Below, in pieces: positions 9,390 to 18,914 of a stretch of DNA of 32,000 nucleotides. Position 1 is the first letter of the stretch. Each line of letters begins with the position of its first letter. Below the pieces are notes generated by a model that was given only the letters and a program-made list of their open reading frames with translations, did no database searches and was not told the DNA's origin. The translations under genes and the position numbers were made by a program. Source of the stretch: Idiomarina loihiensis L2TR (GTDB lineage: Bacteria > Pseudomonadota > Gammaproteobacteria > Enterobacterales > Alteromonadaceae); contig NC_006512.1 of NCBI RefSeq assembly GCF_000008465.1, positions 1,680,001 through 1,712,000 on the forward strand, given 5' to 3'.

Positions 9390-10058
9390 TTGACGAATTT
9401 AGCTTTTGACGTTTATGGCACGCTTATCGACGCACAAGGTGTGGTTTCAACATTAAGTTCATACCTTGGCACAGACAAAGCAGAGAGTTTTTCCGGTCGT
9501 TGGCGTGATAAGCAATTAGAGTATTCGTTTCGTCGCGGACTTATGCGGCAGTATCAGGACTTTGCAATTTGCACTAAGGAAGCCCTGGAGTTTACCAACA
9601 ACGAATACGGTTCACCTTTAAATGAAGAGCAAAAAGAAGACTTGCTCGATACCTATACGCATCTACCCGCATTTGATGATGCCAGGGCGGCGCTTAGCAA
9701 GTTGAGCTTATCTGGCATGGGTTGCTTTGCTTTTTCCAACGGCAGCCAGGAGGCCGTTTCCGGGTTACTGGAGAAAACCGAATTAAGCAGCTATTTTAAT
9801 GAGGTTATAAGCTGCAAAGACATTAAGAGCTTCAAGCCTGACCCGGAAGTTTATCAATACTTTCTTGATAAAACGGACGGTCAGGCTGATAGCACCTGGC
9901 TTATCTCCAGTAACAGTTTTGACATTATTGGGGCTAACGCCGCTGGCTGGAAAACCGCCTGGGTAAAACGGACTAAAGAGGCTCAGTTTGACCCATGGGG
10001 AGTCGAGCCTACTATTACCGTAAGCTCGCTTTCACAGCTGATTGAAAATATAAAGTGA
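9390..10058 (+). CDS. Haloacid dehalogenase, type II (HAD superfamily)
   Basis: 222-aa ORF with a TTG start and GGAG 7 nt upstream. It has HAD motif I FDVYGTLID, motif II SNGS, and the C-terminal ISSNSFDIIGANAAGWKTAWVKR segment typical of L-2-haloacid dehalogenases. Confidence 0.8.
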   Translation: MTNLAFDVYGTLIDAQGVVSTLSSYLGTDKAESFSGRWRDKQLEYSFRRGLMRQYQDFAICTKEALEFTNNEYGSPLNEEQKEDLLDTYTHLPAFDDARAALSKLSLSGMGCFAFSNGSQEAVSGLLEKTELSSYFNEVISCKDIKSFKPDPEVYQYFLDKTDGQADSTWLISSNSFDIIGANAAGWKTAWVKRTKEAQFDPWGVEPTITVSSLSQLIENIK

Positions 10059-10061
10059 GGT

Positions 10062-12113
10062 TTAAAACTCGTACGACAGTTCAAAGCGAACGGTTCTTGG
10101 CTCCATCACATGATAATGCAAGTCTTCCACACCGGTTGCCGGCTCGCCCGGCAACCGCGATGCGTAAAAGTAGTCTATGTCATGATCATTGCTGTCAAAC
10201 ACATTAAGAACCTTTAAGTTTACCGCCCATGCGTTCCACTTTTTACCCAGCATAAAGTTTACAACCGTCGAGCTGTCGGAACGCTCTGAATTATCTTCAA
10301 CCAACGGGCGCTCTCCTAAATAGCGTAGACGAACCGTTGAAAACCAGTTGTCATCAAAGCGTTTTGTCACGCCCAGTTGAAGAATGTCTTCCATAGCACC
10401 GGGTATTTCCTGTTCAAGCACATTGCTATCATCAAACTCAGCATCGGTATAGGCGTATTCAAGGTCAAAACTTAGCTGGTCACTGTAATTGTAATAAGCA
10501 GCCAGTTCGATGCCGTGTCGTTTTGATGGACGGCTGGCTTCTGTATTACCGGCGTCTCCCACAAACAATAATTCGCTGTCTTGCTCTAATGACCACAGCG
10601 CCAGTGAACTGTTAAATTTCGCACTAGGCCGCCAGCGCACGCCAACTTCGTAACCAAAGGTTCTGACCAACGGATCAACCGAATCAACAGCGTCCCCATT
10701 ATTCGGGTCAACACTTGTCACCGTGCCTCTTGCATCGTTAGAATGAAAACCCTGCCCGGCTGACAGATACAACTCCGCGTCGTCAGTTAATAAGTAGTTC
10801 GCACTTCCTTTAAAAGACCAAAGGTCATCCGAAGTTTGACCGCTGTTCGGAGCAAGTGCCACGTTATAGATATTGGTATCAACTAAGGAGTTAACGTCAA
10901 AATCAAAGTAGTCATAGCGCAATGAAAGGTTGGTTCTCAGCCTGCTGGTCCACTGATAGTCGTAACTGGCATAAACGCCGGTACTCCATTCGTTAACCTT
11001 GTCGCTTCTTACCGTTCCAAGCCTTTCACGTTGTTGCGACTTGTGCAGGCCGACTTCGCCAATGTCGTCGTAGCGGGTCGAGAAGCCCAGAGTCAGGTTG
11101 TCATCCGGATGCCAGCTACCCGATGCTCCGTAAATTTTTCTGTCATCAACTTGTTCAAACTGGTCGCCCAGCACAGGATCATCAAGGTAATACGTGAAGT
11201 TTGAGAATAACGACAACTCGTAGTCGATAACATAGGCGGTTAGCGCGTAATCGGCAGTTGTATAAATGGCATTAACGCTGTAGCGGTGGGTTTTACCGCC
11301 TAAGCTGTCATCAATTGAACCCAGCTCGTCAATAATACCCTGATTAACCGCTCGTGCAGGAATTTGGTCAGCACTGTTCCACTCGTTTTCGTAACCCATA
11401 GCTCCGAAAGTAAGAACGCCCTCAGAAGTACGGATGCTGTGACGTACTACCGCATTGATTTTATCAACGTCCTCGTCAATATCCGTCCAGGGGCCATCAT
11501 AAGTCTGGTACTCAAGCCCGTATAATGTCGTGTTAGTACTGTTCTGAGAAACGCTGTCAGCCAGCAAAACCCGCTGGTAAGCGTCTTCACCCAGGCTCAC
11601 TTTTGCAAGGCCTTTTTTCCGCTTCATCTGGGTACTAAAACCCACGCTACCGGCACTGGAAAAGTCGCCCACGTCGCCGTGATAAGAACCTTTCTGATAG
11701 GTCACCTGTTCAATCAGCTCAGGAATCAGAAAGTTAATATCGGTATAGCCGTGACCGTGTCCATGAGTTGGCATATTAACCGGCATACCATCAACATAAG
11801 TGGCGAAATCAGTTCCGTGGTCGAGGTTGAAGCCACGTAAAAAGTACTGGTTCGCTTTGCCGCTGCCACTGTGCTGAGTCGCACTCATTCCCGGAATCAG
11901 TTCCATTAACTCGCCGGTGCGCAACATAGGTCGAATTTCTATTTCAGCTTGCCCCAGCACACCTTCAGAAGCCGACATGGCCTGCCCCAGCAAATTCGCC
12001 TGATGCCCAGAAACTAATATTCGTTCAATACCATCGTGTGCAGCTACCTGCGCAGAGTTAAACAAAGCACCTGAAACAACCACAGAAAGAAACGCGAGCT
12101 TGAAAGTCTTCAT
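10062..12113 (-). CDS. TonB-dependent outer-membrane receptor
   Basis: 683-aa ORF with a signal peptide. It has a plug region (FLRGFNLDHGTDFATYVDGMPVN), a beta-barrel rich in Y/D/N/G, and a terminal aromatic ...FELSYEF. The plug carries an unusual HGHGHG run. Confidence 0.85.
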   Translation of the reverse strand: MKTFKLAFLSVVVSGALFNSAQVAAHDGIERILVSGHQANLLGQAMSASEGVLGQAEIEIRPMLRTGELMELIPGMSATQHSGSGKANQYFLRGFNLDHGTDFATYVDGMPVNMPTHGHGHGYTDINFLIPELIEQVTYQKGSYHGDVGDFSSAGSVGFSTQMKRKKGLAKVSLGEDAYQRVLLADSVSQNSTNTTLYGLEYQTYDGPWTDIDEDVDKINAVVRHSIRTSEGVLTFGAMGYENEWNSADQIPARAVNQGIIDELGSIDDSLGGKTHRYSVNAIYTTADYALTAYVIDYELSLFSNFTYYLDDPVLGDQFEQVDDRKIYGASGSWHPDDNLTLGFSTRYDDIGEVGLHKSQQRERLGTVRSDKVNEWSTGVYASYDYQWTSRLRTNLSLRYDYFDFDVNSLVDTNIYNVALAPNSGQTSDDLWSFKGSANYLLTDDAELYLSAGQGFHSNDARGTVTSVDPNNGDAVDSVDPLVRTFGYEVGVRWRPSAKFNSSLALWSLEQDSELLFVGDAGNTEASRPSKRHGIELAAYYNYSDQLSFDLEYAYTDAEFDDSNVLEQEIPGAMEDILQLGVTKRFDDNWFSTVRLRYLGERPLVEDNSERSDSSTVVNFMLGKKWNAWAVNLKVLNVFDSNDHDIDYFYASRLPGEPATGVEDLHYHVMEPRTVRFELSYEF

Positions 12114-12211
12114 TGACGGAGTTATCCCTTCTCAAAATTTTTCGCAGTTTACCTTACAGAAAGCGCTCACGGTGAAAATTTGAGAGCAAAAGGCTAAATC
12201 TGGCGACAAAG

Positions 12212-12757
12212 TTAAAAACTGGATCCCGGTTGCTTAAGGAAGTCTTCCTCTTCAGAGGTGGATTCACGACCTAATATGGCATTTCGGTGCGGGTAACGAC
12301 CAAAACGATCAATAATTTCTTTATGTTTCACTTCAAACTCATAGTTGTTTTCAAGGCCTGGTTGGTCGAAAAGCTCAATAGCCTGCTTGTGAATCAACTT
12401 CGACTCACTGTGCATATAGGGCATGTATAAAAAAGACTTTTCATGGGGCTCTAAGGATTTGTCTGCACACTGAGCTACAGCTTCTTGCGCCAGCACCAAA
12501 GCTATGGCGTCCTGTGCAAAGGCTTTCGGCGTATCCCGATAGATATTGCGCGAAAATTGATCGAGTACAATAATTTCGGCTAAACGCCCTTTTTCAGTCC
12601 CACGCCAATGCCAAAGCTCCCCTTTTTCAGCGGCTTCCAGGGTGGAAGAAAACCGCTTCTTAATCGATTTATCCAGCTCGTCACTTTTGACGAACCATTG
12701 CTTTGGCGTCAGCTCATTGAACCAGAACTCGATAACCTCGTTCGCTTTAGCAACCAT
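12212..12757 (-). CDS. DUF924 family protein
   Basis: 181-aa ORF. The strings VIEFWF..L.PKQWF..D..D, LDQFSRNIYR and RFGRYPHRN match DUF924 as I recall it. Confidence 0.75.
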   Translation of the reverse strand: MVAKANEVIEFWFNELTPKQWFVKSDELDKSIKKRFSSTLEAAEKGELWHWRGTEKGRLAEIIVLDQFSRNIYRDTPKAFAQDAIALVLAQEAVAQCADKSLEPHEKSFLYMPYMHSESKLIHKQAIELFDQPGLENNYEFEVKHKEIIDRFGRYPHRNAILGRESTSEEEDFLKQPGSSF

Positions 12758-12793
12758 ATAAAGTCTCCAAAAGTTAAGTTAAACACCGATAAC

Positions 12794-12818
12794 GCAAATG
12801 ATAATGGTTTTCATTAAT
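12794..12818. promoter_or_regulatory. Fur box (two overlapping registers) in the divergent DUF924 / PepSY promoter region
   Basis: GATAATGGTTTTCATTAAT (12800-12818) matches GATAATGATAATCATTATC at 14 of 19 positions. A second register starting at 12794 (gcaAATGATAATggttttc) also scores 14 of 19. The site lies 59 nt upstream of the PepSY ATG. Confidence 0.55.
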
Positions 12819-12876
12819 ATATTTTTTGTGGTTTAATACTGCTCTGACAAAAACTAAACAAATCACTTTTACTATT

Positions 12877-14415
12877 ATGAAAGCACGATTCAGAGACAGT
12901 ATGACCTGGCTCCATACGTGGGCTGGATTAGTTGTAGGCTGGATACTGTTTGCGGTTTTTCTGACCGGAACATTAGCCTATTTCCAGTTCGAGATTACAC
13001 AATGGATGCTGCCCAATGTAAAGCAACACGCAACTCCCGAAAAGGCGGTTGCACAAGCACAGGACTACCTTGAAAAACAAGCCCCTGACTCACCGGGCTG
13101 GTCTATTACCTTGCCCGATGAGCGATCTCCCATTACCACTATTTTTTGGCGTGACCCGAATGCCAGTAATGGTCGTGGTTTTGAATTCGCCGTTCTTGAT
13201 GGTGATGGTAAAAGAATTGAGCAACGTGAAACCCGCGGCGGCAACTTCCTTTATCGCTTTCACTTCGACCTGCATTATATGCCGGTATTTATTGCCCGCT
13301 GGCTGGTCGGCATATGCGCCATGCTTATGTTGATAGCCATAGTTACCGGCGTAGTCATACATAAAAAAATATTCAAAGACTTTTTCACCTTTCAGCCCGG
13401 TAAAGGGCCACGCAGCTGGCTCGACGGACATACTATTACGTCGGTATTGGCTCTACCTTTTCACTTTATGATCACCTACACCGGCTTAGTCACGTTAATG
13501 CTGATGTATATGTCCTCGGCCGTGTCGTTAAGCTATGGCGACAGAGGTGAGTTTTTTAACGACCTACAGTCCCAACCCCCTAAGCTACAGGCAAGTGGTG
13601 AAAGCGCAGATTTAGCTGACTTGCAGGAGCTTTACTTTAAAGCCCGGGAAGACATAAAAGGCAACCCCATTCGTTTAGCGCAAATTAGTAACCCCGGAGA
13701 CAAAAACGCCACCGCCACTTTTTACGAAGCGCCTACCCAATCGCTTATGTCAGACTATACGACGCTGACTTATTCAGCCGTAACGGGTGAGCAGTTGCAT
13801 GTCCAGCCCGTAGAAAATAGCGCAGAACTAACACGACGCACCATGATAGGGCTGCACGCCGGTCGCTTTGCCGATACTCAGCTGCGTTGGCTGTACTTCT
13901 TTTCAGGAATTCTGGGCACCTTGATGATAGCTACAGGCCTGGTTTTATGGTTTGAAAAACGCAGAAAAAAACTGCAGGCCAGTGGTAACCTTTCATTTGG
14001 TCATTACCTAGTAAGCGGGTTAAACGCAGGTTTTATTATGGGTCTTCCTCTTGCCGTTGCCACCTACTTCCTGAGTAATCGGTTACTACCAGTAGCGGCC
14101 GATAACCGTGCCGAACTTGAAATAGCCTGGTTCTTCTTCGGCTGGTTGTTAATGGTCTGCTATCCGCTGCTTCGCGGCGCCAAAAAAACCTGGCGAGACG
14201 GCGCACTGCTTAATGGTCTTGCCTACCTAAGCTTGCCCTTTATCAGCTTTATTACTGTCGACCGGCACCTTCTGAATTATCAGTACCCGCGCGACTGGCC
14301 TTTATTTGGCATGGATATCAGCTTCATTTTAACGGCAGCCGCGTTTTTAGGACTCACCTGGTATCTGTTTCGCAAATGGAATTCAAAGGAGACGCAAAAT
14401 GATGTTGAAAGATAA
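12877..14415 (+). CDS. PepSY-associated TM-helix protein (PiuB-like; iron-uptake associated)
   Basis: The ORF track starts at a TTG (12826). I prefer the ATG at 12877 (MKARFRDSMTWLHTWAGLVVGW...), the canonical N-terminus of this family. The pattern is repeated TM hairpin / periplasmic domain, and the gene sits in a Fur-box plus siderophore-receptor context. Confidence 0.8.
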   Translation: MKARFRDSMTWLHTWAGLVVGWILFAVFLTGTLAYFQFEITQWMLPNVKQHATPEKAVAQAQDYLEKQAPDSPGWSITLPDERSPITTIFWRDPNASNGRGFEFAVLDGDGKRIEQRETRGGNFLYRFHFDLHYMPVFIARWLVGICAMLMLIAIVTGVVIHKKIFKDFFTFQPGKGPRSWLDGHTITSVLALPFHFMITYTGLVTLMLMYMSSAVSLSYGDRGEFFNDLQSQPPKLQASGESADLADLQELYFKAREDIKGNPIRLAQISNPGDKNATATFYEAPTQSLMSDYTTLTYSAVTGEQLHVQPVENSAELTRRTMIGLHAGRFADTQLRWLYFFSGILGTLMIATGLVLWFEKRRKKLQASGNLSFGHYLVSGLNAGFIMGLPLAVATYFLSNRLLPVAADNRAELEIAWFFFGWLLMVCYPLLRGAKKTWRDGALLNGLAYLSLPFISFITVDRHLLNYQYPRDWPLFGMDISFILTAAAFLGLTWYLFRKWNSKETQNDVER

Positions 14416-14743
14416 AATAGCCAATGCGCCATCCAAACTGACAATAAGTTATCGACTTTTGCTCGCAACTGTCGGTGGGTTCATTTTTACGCTTATTGTT
14501 ACAGTCTTCACACCTGAACTGTTTTTATGGGCTTTTGGCTGGAACAAAGCCACAAGCTTAATGTGGATGATGCTCCTGAGCTTCGGTGTTTACTGCGGCT
14601 TGGTTATGTGGATTGTCGCCACCCGTAAATTACTAAAAACAAGCCTGATACTGCTGTTATGCGGAGTTGCCCTGTCTTTTAGTTTTATCCAGCTGCAGTC
14701 TCATAACGCAGGGAAACCAGCGGAAACTGAGGTGACATCATGA
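14399..14743 (+). CDS. Small 3-TM membrane protein (DUF3649-like)
   Basis: 114-aa ORF. AAGGAG precedes the ATG, and the ORF overlaps the PepSY stop by 17 nt. The strings ATVGGF...MLLSFGVYCGLVMWIVATR resemble DUF3649, which usually follows PepSY/PiuB genes (from memory). Confidence 0.6.
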   Translation: MMLKDKIANAPSKLTISYRLLLATVGGFIFTLIVTVFTPELFLWAFGWNKATSLMWMMLLSFGVYCGLVMWIVATRKLLKTSLILLLCGVALSFSFIQLQSHNAGKPAETEVTS

Positions 14744-15024
14744 TATCAGCGGTCATTTGGTTGCTTAGCTTAGCGGGCTTTTGGCTCTTATGCATTGTTA
14801 CAGCACGCCACCGTAAGTTATTTAATTTAAAACCGTTAAACCAGCGTGCCGAGCGGATCTACAAAATTGCAGGCTTTATATTGCTCGGTCTTGCTCTCGC
14901 CTGCACAAGCTTAATGCCGAACCCTGTAGACGGAATACTGGCCTGGTTTGGTATTCTGACTTTTGCCTCACTGTTTATTTCTGCTCTAATAGCCTTACGC
15001 CAGCAACGTAAACGCAGGGCATAA
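14740..15024 (+). CDS. Small membrane protein (DUF3325-like)
   Basis: 94-aa ORF with an ATGA start/stop overlap with the preceding gene. It has three hydrophobic helices and an ARHRK motif after TM1, as in DUF3325 proteins of the same iron-uptake module (from memory). Confidence 0.6.
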   Translation: MISAVIWLLSLAGFWLLCIVTARHRKLFNLKPLNQRAERIYKIAGFILLGLALACTSLMPNPVDGILAWFGILTFASLFISALIALRQQRKRRA

Positions 15025-15027
15025 AAA

Positions 15028-15056
15028 AAGCCGGTGCTTTTTAAAGGCACCGGCTT
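15028..15056. terminator. Rho-independent terminator between convergent genes
   Basis: AAGCCGGTGC (15028-15037) pairs perfectly with GCACCGGCTT (15047-15056). On the minus strand the stem is followed by TTTTTTTAT, so it is a strong terminator for the receptor gene. It lies 4 nt after the plus-strand stop. Confidence 0.8.
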
Positions 15057-15075
15057 AGTCACTCTCTCTGATCAA

Positions 15076-17262
15076 TTAGAACTTGTAGTTAAAGCTCAGT
15101 GTGTAATCACGTGGTGTGCCATAACGGTAGCCATAGGCAAACCCAGCCTGACTGTAATATTTCTCATCAAATAAGTTCGCTACGTTAAGTTGTAGGCTCA
15201 TGTTATCTGATAACTTGTAACGTGCCATCAGGTTCACTAACCAATACGCGTCCTGAGTGAATGTTTCCATTTCAAGAGTAGCAGGGTTCATTCCAGTCGA
15301 ATAAACATCTCCCTGCCAGTTCGCGCCACCACCAATAGTCAGCTCAGGCAAAAACTCAACAAACTGATAGGTAGTAAACAACTTGAACAACTTATCTGGA
15401 GTATCCGTGTTGACCAGCATTCCGTTAGCGTTTTCTGCTTCATGCTGAGAATATCCGGCAGAAATATTCCAGCCATCAACGGGTTGACCAACAATCTCAG
15501 CTTCAAACCCTGTACTCTCGGTACCTTGTTCAGCAATATAAGCGGTTTGCAGTTCTGGCGTTGACTCATGATTAGGATCGACAACAGCCAGATTATCTTG
15601 CTCTATTTTGAAAACGGCAATTGAAGTATGCAGTCGGTCATTTAAGAAAGTACTTTTAAGCCCTAACTCATTACTTTGACCTTCTAGAGGATCCAGAAAA
15701 TTTCCGTTCGTATCTTTACGATTCTGAGGATTAAAAATCTCTGTAAAACTCGCATATAAACGGTGATTATCCGTTAAGTCATAAAGCAACCCTGCGTAAG
15801 GAACAAACACTCCAGAATCACCATAGTCAACAACCGTTCCGTAACTAACCCCATCACGATCCCAGCTTGAAACACGGCCACCAACAACAAGTTTTAAGCT
15901 GTCAGAAAGTGCCAGGCGAGTAGCCGCATAAAAGCCTTTTTCTTCAGTAGCAGTATCTTCACCCGGAGTAGGTTCGTCCGACCACTGAGGTTCCTCTATG
16001 TTAGGCCACTCATAAAAATTTCCAACCGGCACCTGATCGTAAGTGCCATCACCACCTAGTGGTTGCGGATTAAAAGTGTGCGCGAATTTGTCATGTTCAC
16101 TGTATAAAGCACCAATTACAAGGTCATGTAAACGGCCAAAACCAGAGAATTGCCCTTTTAATTGCACGTCAAAGCTATTCTGACTATTTTCACCATCGCT
16201 GTTATAGCGTTGAGCTTTTAACCCCGTGCCAGTTTCTTTGTCTAGCAAATTTTGAGAGTCACTTCCGTTGATATAAAGTAGCTTGGATGTTTTATCAGCC
16301 TTTAAGCCGTTATAATTAGCTAGAAGCTCCCAACCGTTATCAAAAACATGATTCAGGTTGACAAAATAATTGGTACTGGTTGTTTCCCAGTTAGTCCAGT
16401 CAGCTCCGGTTGTTTTCGAAACATCCCAGTCTGTGTAGGTACCATCAGAATAAAATGCAGGAAGGAATCCCCACATAGCGCCCTTAGGCTCATGGTGTTG
16501 ATAACTCCCCCCAACTCTTAATAGAGTAGAATTTGTTATATCGGCCTCAACAACACCGTAGAAAACTTCCTTACTTTCTTCTAAGAAATCGACATGCGAT
16601 TCGCTGTCATCAACTTTTATCACAGCACGACCACGAATACTGCCGCTAGCATTTAATGCACTGCCAACATCAGCAGTTACCTGCTTACTGTTCCAGCGAC
16701 CCACAGAAGCATTAATATAGCCTTCAAACTCTTTACTAGTAGCGTGCTTACGGACTAAGTTGATTGATGCTGAAGGATCTCCAACCCCCGTCAATAAGCC
16801 TGTCGCCCCACGTACGAACTCAACACGCTCGTAAATCGCAACATCCGCGATGGTCTCACCCGCATCACCGGCAATACTCCATGAGGTAGGTACTCCGTCA
16901 ATTTGATAATTACTGATTTCGAACCCGCGTGCATAAAAGGTATTACGAACATTGTCCATTTCCGATGCAGAAACACCCACCGCGTTATTTACAACTTCAA
17001 GCACGGTATCGATATTCTGATCGAACATTCTTTCATCAGTCATAATACTGACCGACTGAGGTGTCTCCCGCAGTGTTAAACCAAGTCCGGTCGCGGAATC
17101 AAGATTCTGGCTGACAGTGTACTTGCCAGTTACTTTAATCCGCTCAAGATTTTCATCTTTCGCCGGTTTTTCTTTATCCGCATTTTGTGGTGTTGCAGTC
17201 GCTGCAAGTGGACTTAATGCCATTGCGATAGCTGCTGCAAGCGGAACGACACGTGCGTTCAT
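15076..17262 (-). CDS. TonB-dependent siderophore receptor (FhuE/FpvA-like)
   Basis: 728-aa ORF with a signal peptide (..ALSPLAATA). It has the plug motifs SVSIMT..., FYARGF, IDGVP and ERVEFVRGATGLL, plus a C-terminal ..YTLSFNYKF. Confidence 0.85.
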   Translation of the reverse strand: MNARVVPLAAAIAMALSPLAATATPQNADKEKPAKDENLERIKVTGKYTVSQNLDSATGLGLTLRETPQSVSIMTDERMFDQNIDTVLEVVNNAVGVSASEMDNVRNTFYARGFEISNYQIDGVPTSWSIAGDAGETIADVAIYERVEFVRGATGLLTGVGDPSASINLVRKHATSKEFEGYINASVGRWNSKQVTADVGSALNASGSIRGRAVIKVDDSESHVDFLEESKEVFYGVVEADITNSTLLRVGGSYQHHEPKGAMWGFLPAFYSDGTYTDWDVSKTTGADWTNWETTSTNYFVNLNHVFDNGWELLANYNGLKADKTSKLLYINGSDSQNLLDKETGTGLKAQRYNSDGENSQNSFDVQLKGQFSGFGRLHDLVIGALYSEHDKFAHTFNPQPLGGDGTYDQVPVGNFYEWPNIEEPQWSDEPTPGEDTATEEKGFYAATRLALSDSLKLVVGGRVSSWDRDGVSYGTVVDYGDSGVFVPYAGLLYDLTDNHRLYASFTEIFNPQNRKDTNGNFLDPLEGQSNELGLKSTFLNDRLHTSIAVFKIEQDNLAVVDPNHESTPELQTAYIAEQGTESTGFEAEIVGQPVDGWNISAGYSQHEAENANGMLVNTDTPDKLFKLFTTYQFVEFLPELTIGGGANWQGDVYSTGMNPATLEMETFTQDAYWLVNLMARYKLSDNMSLQLNVANLFDEKYYSQAGFAYGYRYGTPRDYTLSFNYKF

Positions 17263-17421
17263 ACCCCATGTACTCCTTCGCTGTTAGTAAGGAGCAAAAG
17301 ATAACACAACTACGAATCGTTATCATTTATATTTGTCGTGTTTTTGATGCTTGTCCTGAAATAAACATAAAGTTATGTTTTACTCTCAAAAACCAAACAC
17401 AAACTATAACCTTTAAAGCTT

Positions 17422-17910
17422 ATGCGTCGTTTACTTTGTCTTTTAATTTTCGTTAGTACTTTCACTACTATGGCATTTGCAGACACTTATACTCTTTACT
17501 TTACTCGTCACATGGAGAAAACCGATAAAAAAACTGACCCCGAACTGAGTATTGCGGGTCAGCAGCGGGCGCACATGCTGGCTCAAATACTAAAGAATAG
17601 CGATATTGAGGCTATATTTTCTACCAATTTTAAACGCACAAAACAGACAGGCGAGGCTCTCGCGAAGCATCTTGGCCTCTCCGTTCAGAGTTACCCCTCT
17701 AAAGATTTTGATGGAATAATAGCCAGCATCAAAGGCCTGAAAAAGAATGCTCTCATTATCGGTCACAGCAACACGGTATCGGAGTTAGTAAAAGCCGCAG
17801 GCGGAACCGCCAAAACACTTGAAGAAGATGACTACGGTGACTTATTTCAGGTTGTTGTTAACGGTGACAGCGTAGTGACAAACAGGCTTTATGTTCCGGC
17901 CGTAGAATGA
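17422..17910 (+). CDS. Histidine phosphatase family protein (SixA/PhoE-like), exported
   Basis: 162-aa ORF with a signal peptide ending in AFA. It has the RH motif (LYFTRHMEK) and a second His motif (LIIGHSNTV). Confidence 0.7.
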   Translation: MRRLLCLLIFVSTFTTMAFADTYTLYFTRHMEKTDKKTDPELSIAGQQRAHMLAQILKNSDIEAIFSTNFKRTKQTGEALAKHLGLSVQSYPSKDFDGIIASIKGLKKNALIIGHSNTVSELVKAAGGTAKTLEEDDYGDLFQVVVNGDSVVTNRLYVPAVE

Positions 17911-18042
17911 AACTCGTACGACCGGCCATGCAGTTGATGAAGAGTTTATTCCCAGTTAGCTCTGAACCAGGAAATCATTTCGTTCCTTATTTCTTTTTGT
18001 TTAGGCAAACAGCGATGTTCTGGCACTTCATATATCGACAGT

Positions 18043-18576
18043 TTATGGCAGTGGCTGATACCCTTTCCAGTCGGGTACCAAAGGCTGTTGTTCACCGTCA
18101 AATTCAAGCGTCACATAGTGGTTATCCACCAAATCGACGCACAAGCAGTCGTCCACCGCCAGTAAGTCGTCTTTATGAATTTGCTCAGCGTCCGCTAAGC
18201 CGGCTTTGGAAAATTGTGCGCGAGCCAGTTGTTTTGCGGATTGCGGTGAGTCTGCGACCACCACAGTAAAGTCATGATACTCGGCCAGCTTATTCGGAAA
18301 ATAGCCACCGAAGTTAACAAAGTACAAGCGTTTCTCCTCGGGTTTCTCATGCGCTTCAGAGGTAAGATGAATGCGGTAGCCATCCACATGGTGCAAATGA
18401 ACAAAGCTATCCAGGTGCAGTCCTTTTTGCGTGCCGAACCACCCTTTTCGAATAGCCGGATAAGTCTCTTCCATGCTCGGCCCCACTACAAAGCGGATAT
18501 CATGCAACTCAATGTTGGCACCAGGCGCTGTGCCGCCAACATAAACTAGAAAGAGTTTGTTATCGATTTCGTTCAT
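18043..18576 (-). CDS. DUF1543 domain protein
   Basis: 177-aa ORF with two halves. The first reads LFLVYVGGTAPGANIELHDIRFVVG and the second YFVNFGGYFPNKLAEYHDF, which is the duplicated DUF1543 pattern as I recall it. Confidence 0.65.
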   Translation of the reverse strand: MNEIDNKLFLVYVGGTAPGANIELHDIRFVVGPSMEETYPAIRKGWFGTQKGLHLDSFVHLHHVDGYRIHLTSEAHEKPEEKRLYFVNFGGYFPNKLAEYHDFTVVVADSPQSAKQLARAQFSKAGLADAEQIHKDDLLAVDDCLCVDLVDNHYVTLEFDGEQQPLVPDWKGYQPLP

Positions 18577-18585
18577 TGTCTTCCC

Positions 18586-18801
18586 TTACTCACTGCCAAT
18601 AAAACGGAATCGGGGTACGTCATTGCCGTCTATGTTCACCGTTTCCGCGAACATGTCAAAAGGGCGAACCCAAAGCTTTTGTTCACCGTAAAGGGGCTGA
18701 TAAAGCACCATCCACTCTTCAGTTTCGCTATGACGGGCGATATCAATAACGCGGTAACGTCCGCCTTTGTAGTGTTCGTAAATACCCGACTTTATGGTCA
18801 T
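18586..18801 (-). CDS. DUF1653 domain protein
   Basis: 71-aa ORF. YEHYKGGRYRVIDIARHSETEEWMVLYQPLYGEQKLWVRPFDMF matches the DUF1653 signature. It lies 9 nt upstream of the DUF1543 gene on the same strand. Confidence 0.75.
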   Translation of the reverse strand: MTIKSGIYEHYKGGRYRVIDIARHSETEEWMVLYQPLYGEQKLWVRPFDMFAETVNIDGNDVPRFRFIGSE

Positions 18802-18914
18802 GTTGGTTTATTCCAATGCTTATGGTTACTAAAATACTTTGAAAGCATGTTACCAAAAGTTGTCGTTTAGCGGATAATCTCCTTTGTAATGGAAAATTAA
18901 CCGGTATTTAATTC

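Noticed and set aside
12826-12876. TTG-initiated 17-codon extension of the PepSY gene
   Set aside because: It has no SD, a non-canonical start, and overlaps the promoter/Fur-box region. The family N-terminus begins at MKARFRDS (12877).
13049-13431. ORFs 13049..13333 (+) and 13090..13431 (-) inside the PepSY gene
   Set aside because: They are alternative-frame or antisense shadows of a 513-aa gene with clear family features.
17312-17330. Possible Fur box upstream of the siderophore receptor gene (ACGAATCGTTATCATTTAT)
   Set aside because: It matches the 19-bp consensus at only 11 of 19 positions. The nearby GATAAC...GTTATC inverted repeat (17298-17323) has the wrong spacing. This is too weak to call without a PWM scan.
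17907-18269. 120-aa plus-strand ORF after the histidine phosphatase gene
   Set aside because: It lies mostly antisense to the well-supported DUF1543 gene. Its composition is Pro/Arg/Ser-rich and low-complexity, and it has no start context. It is a shadow ORF.
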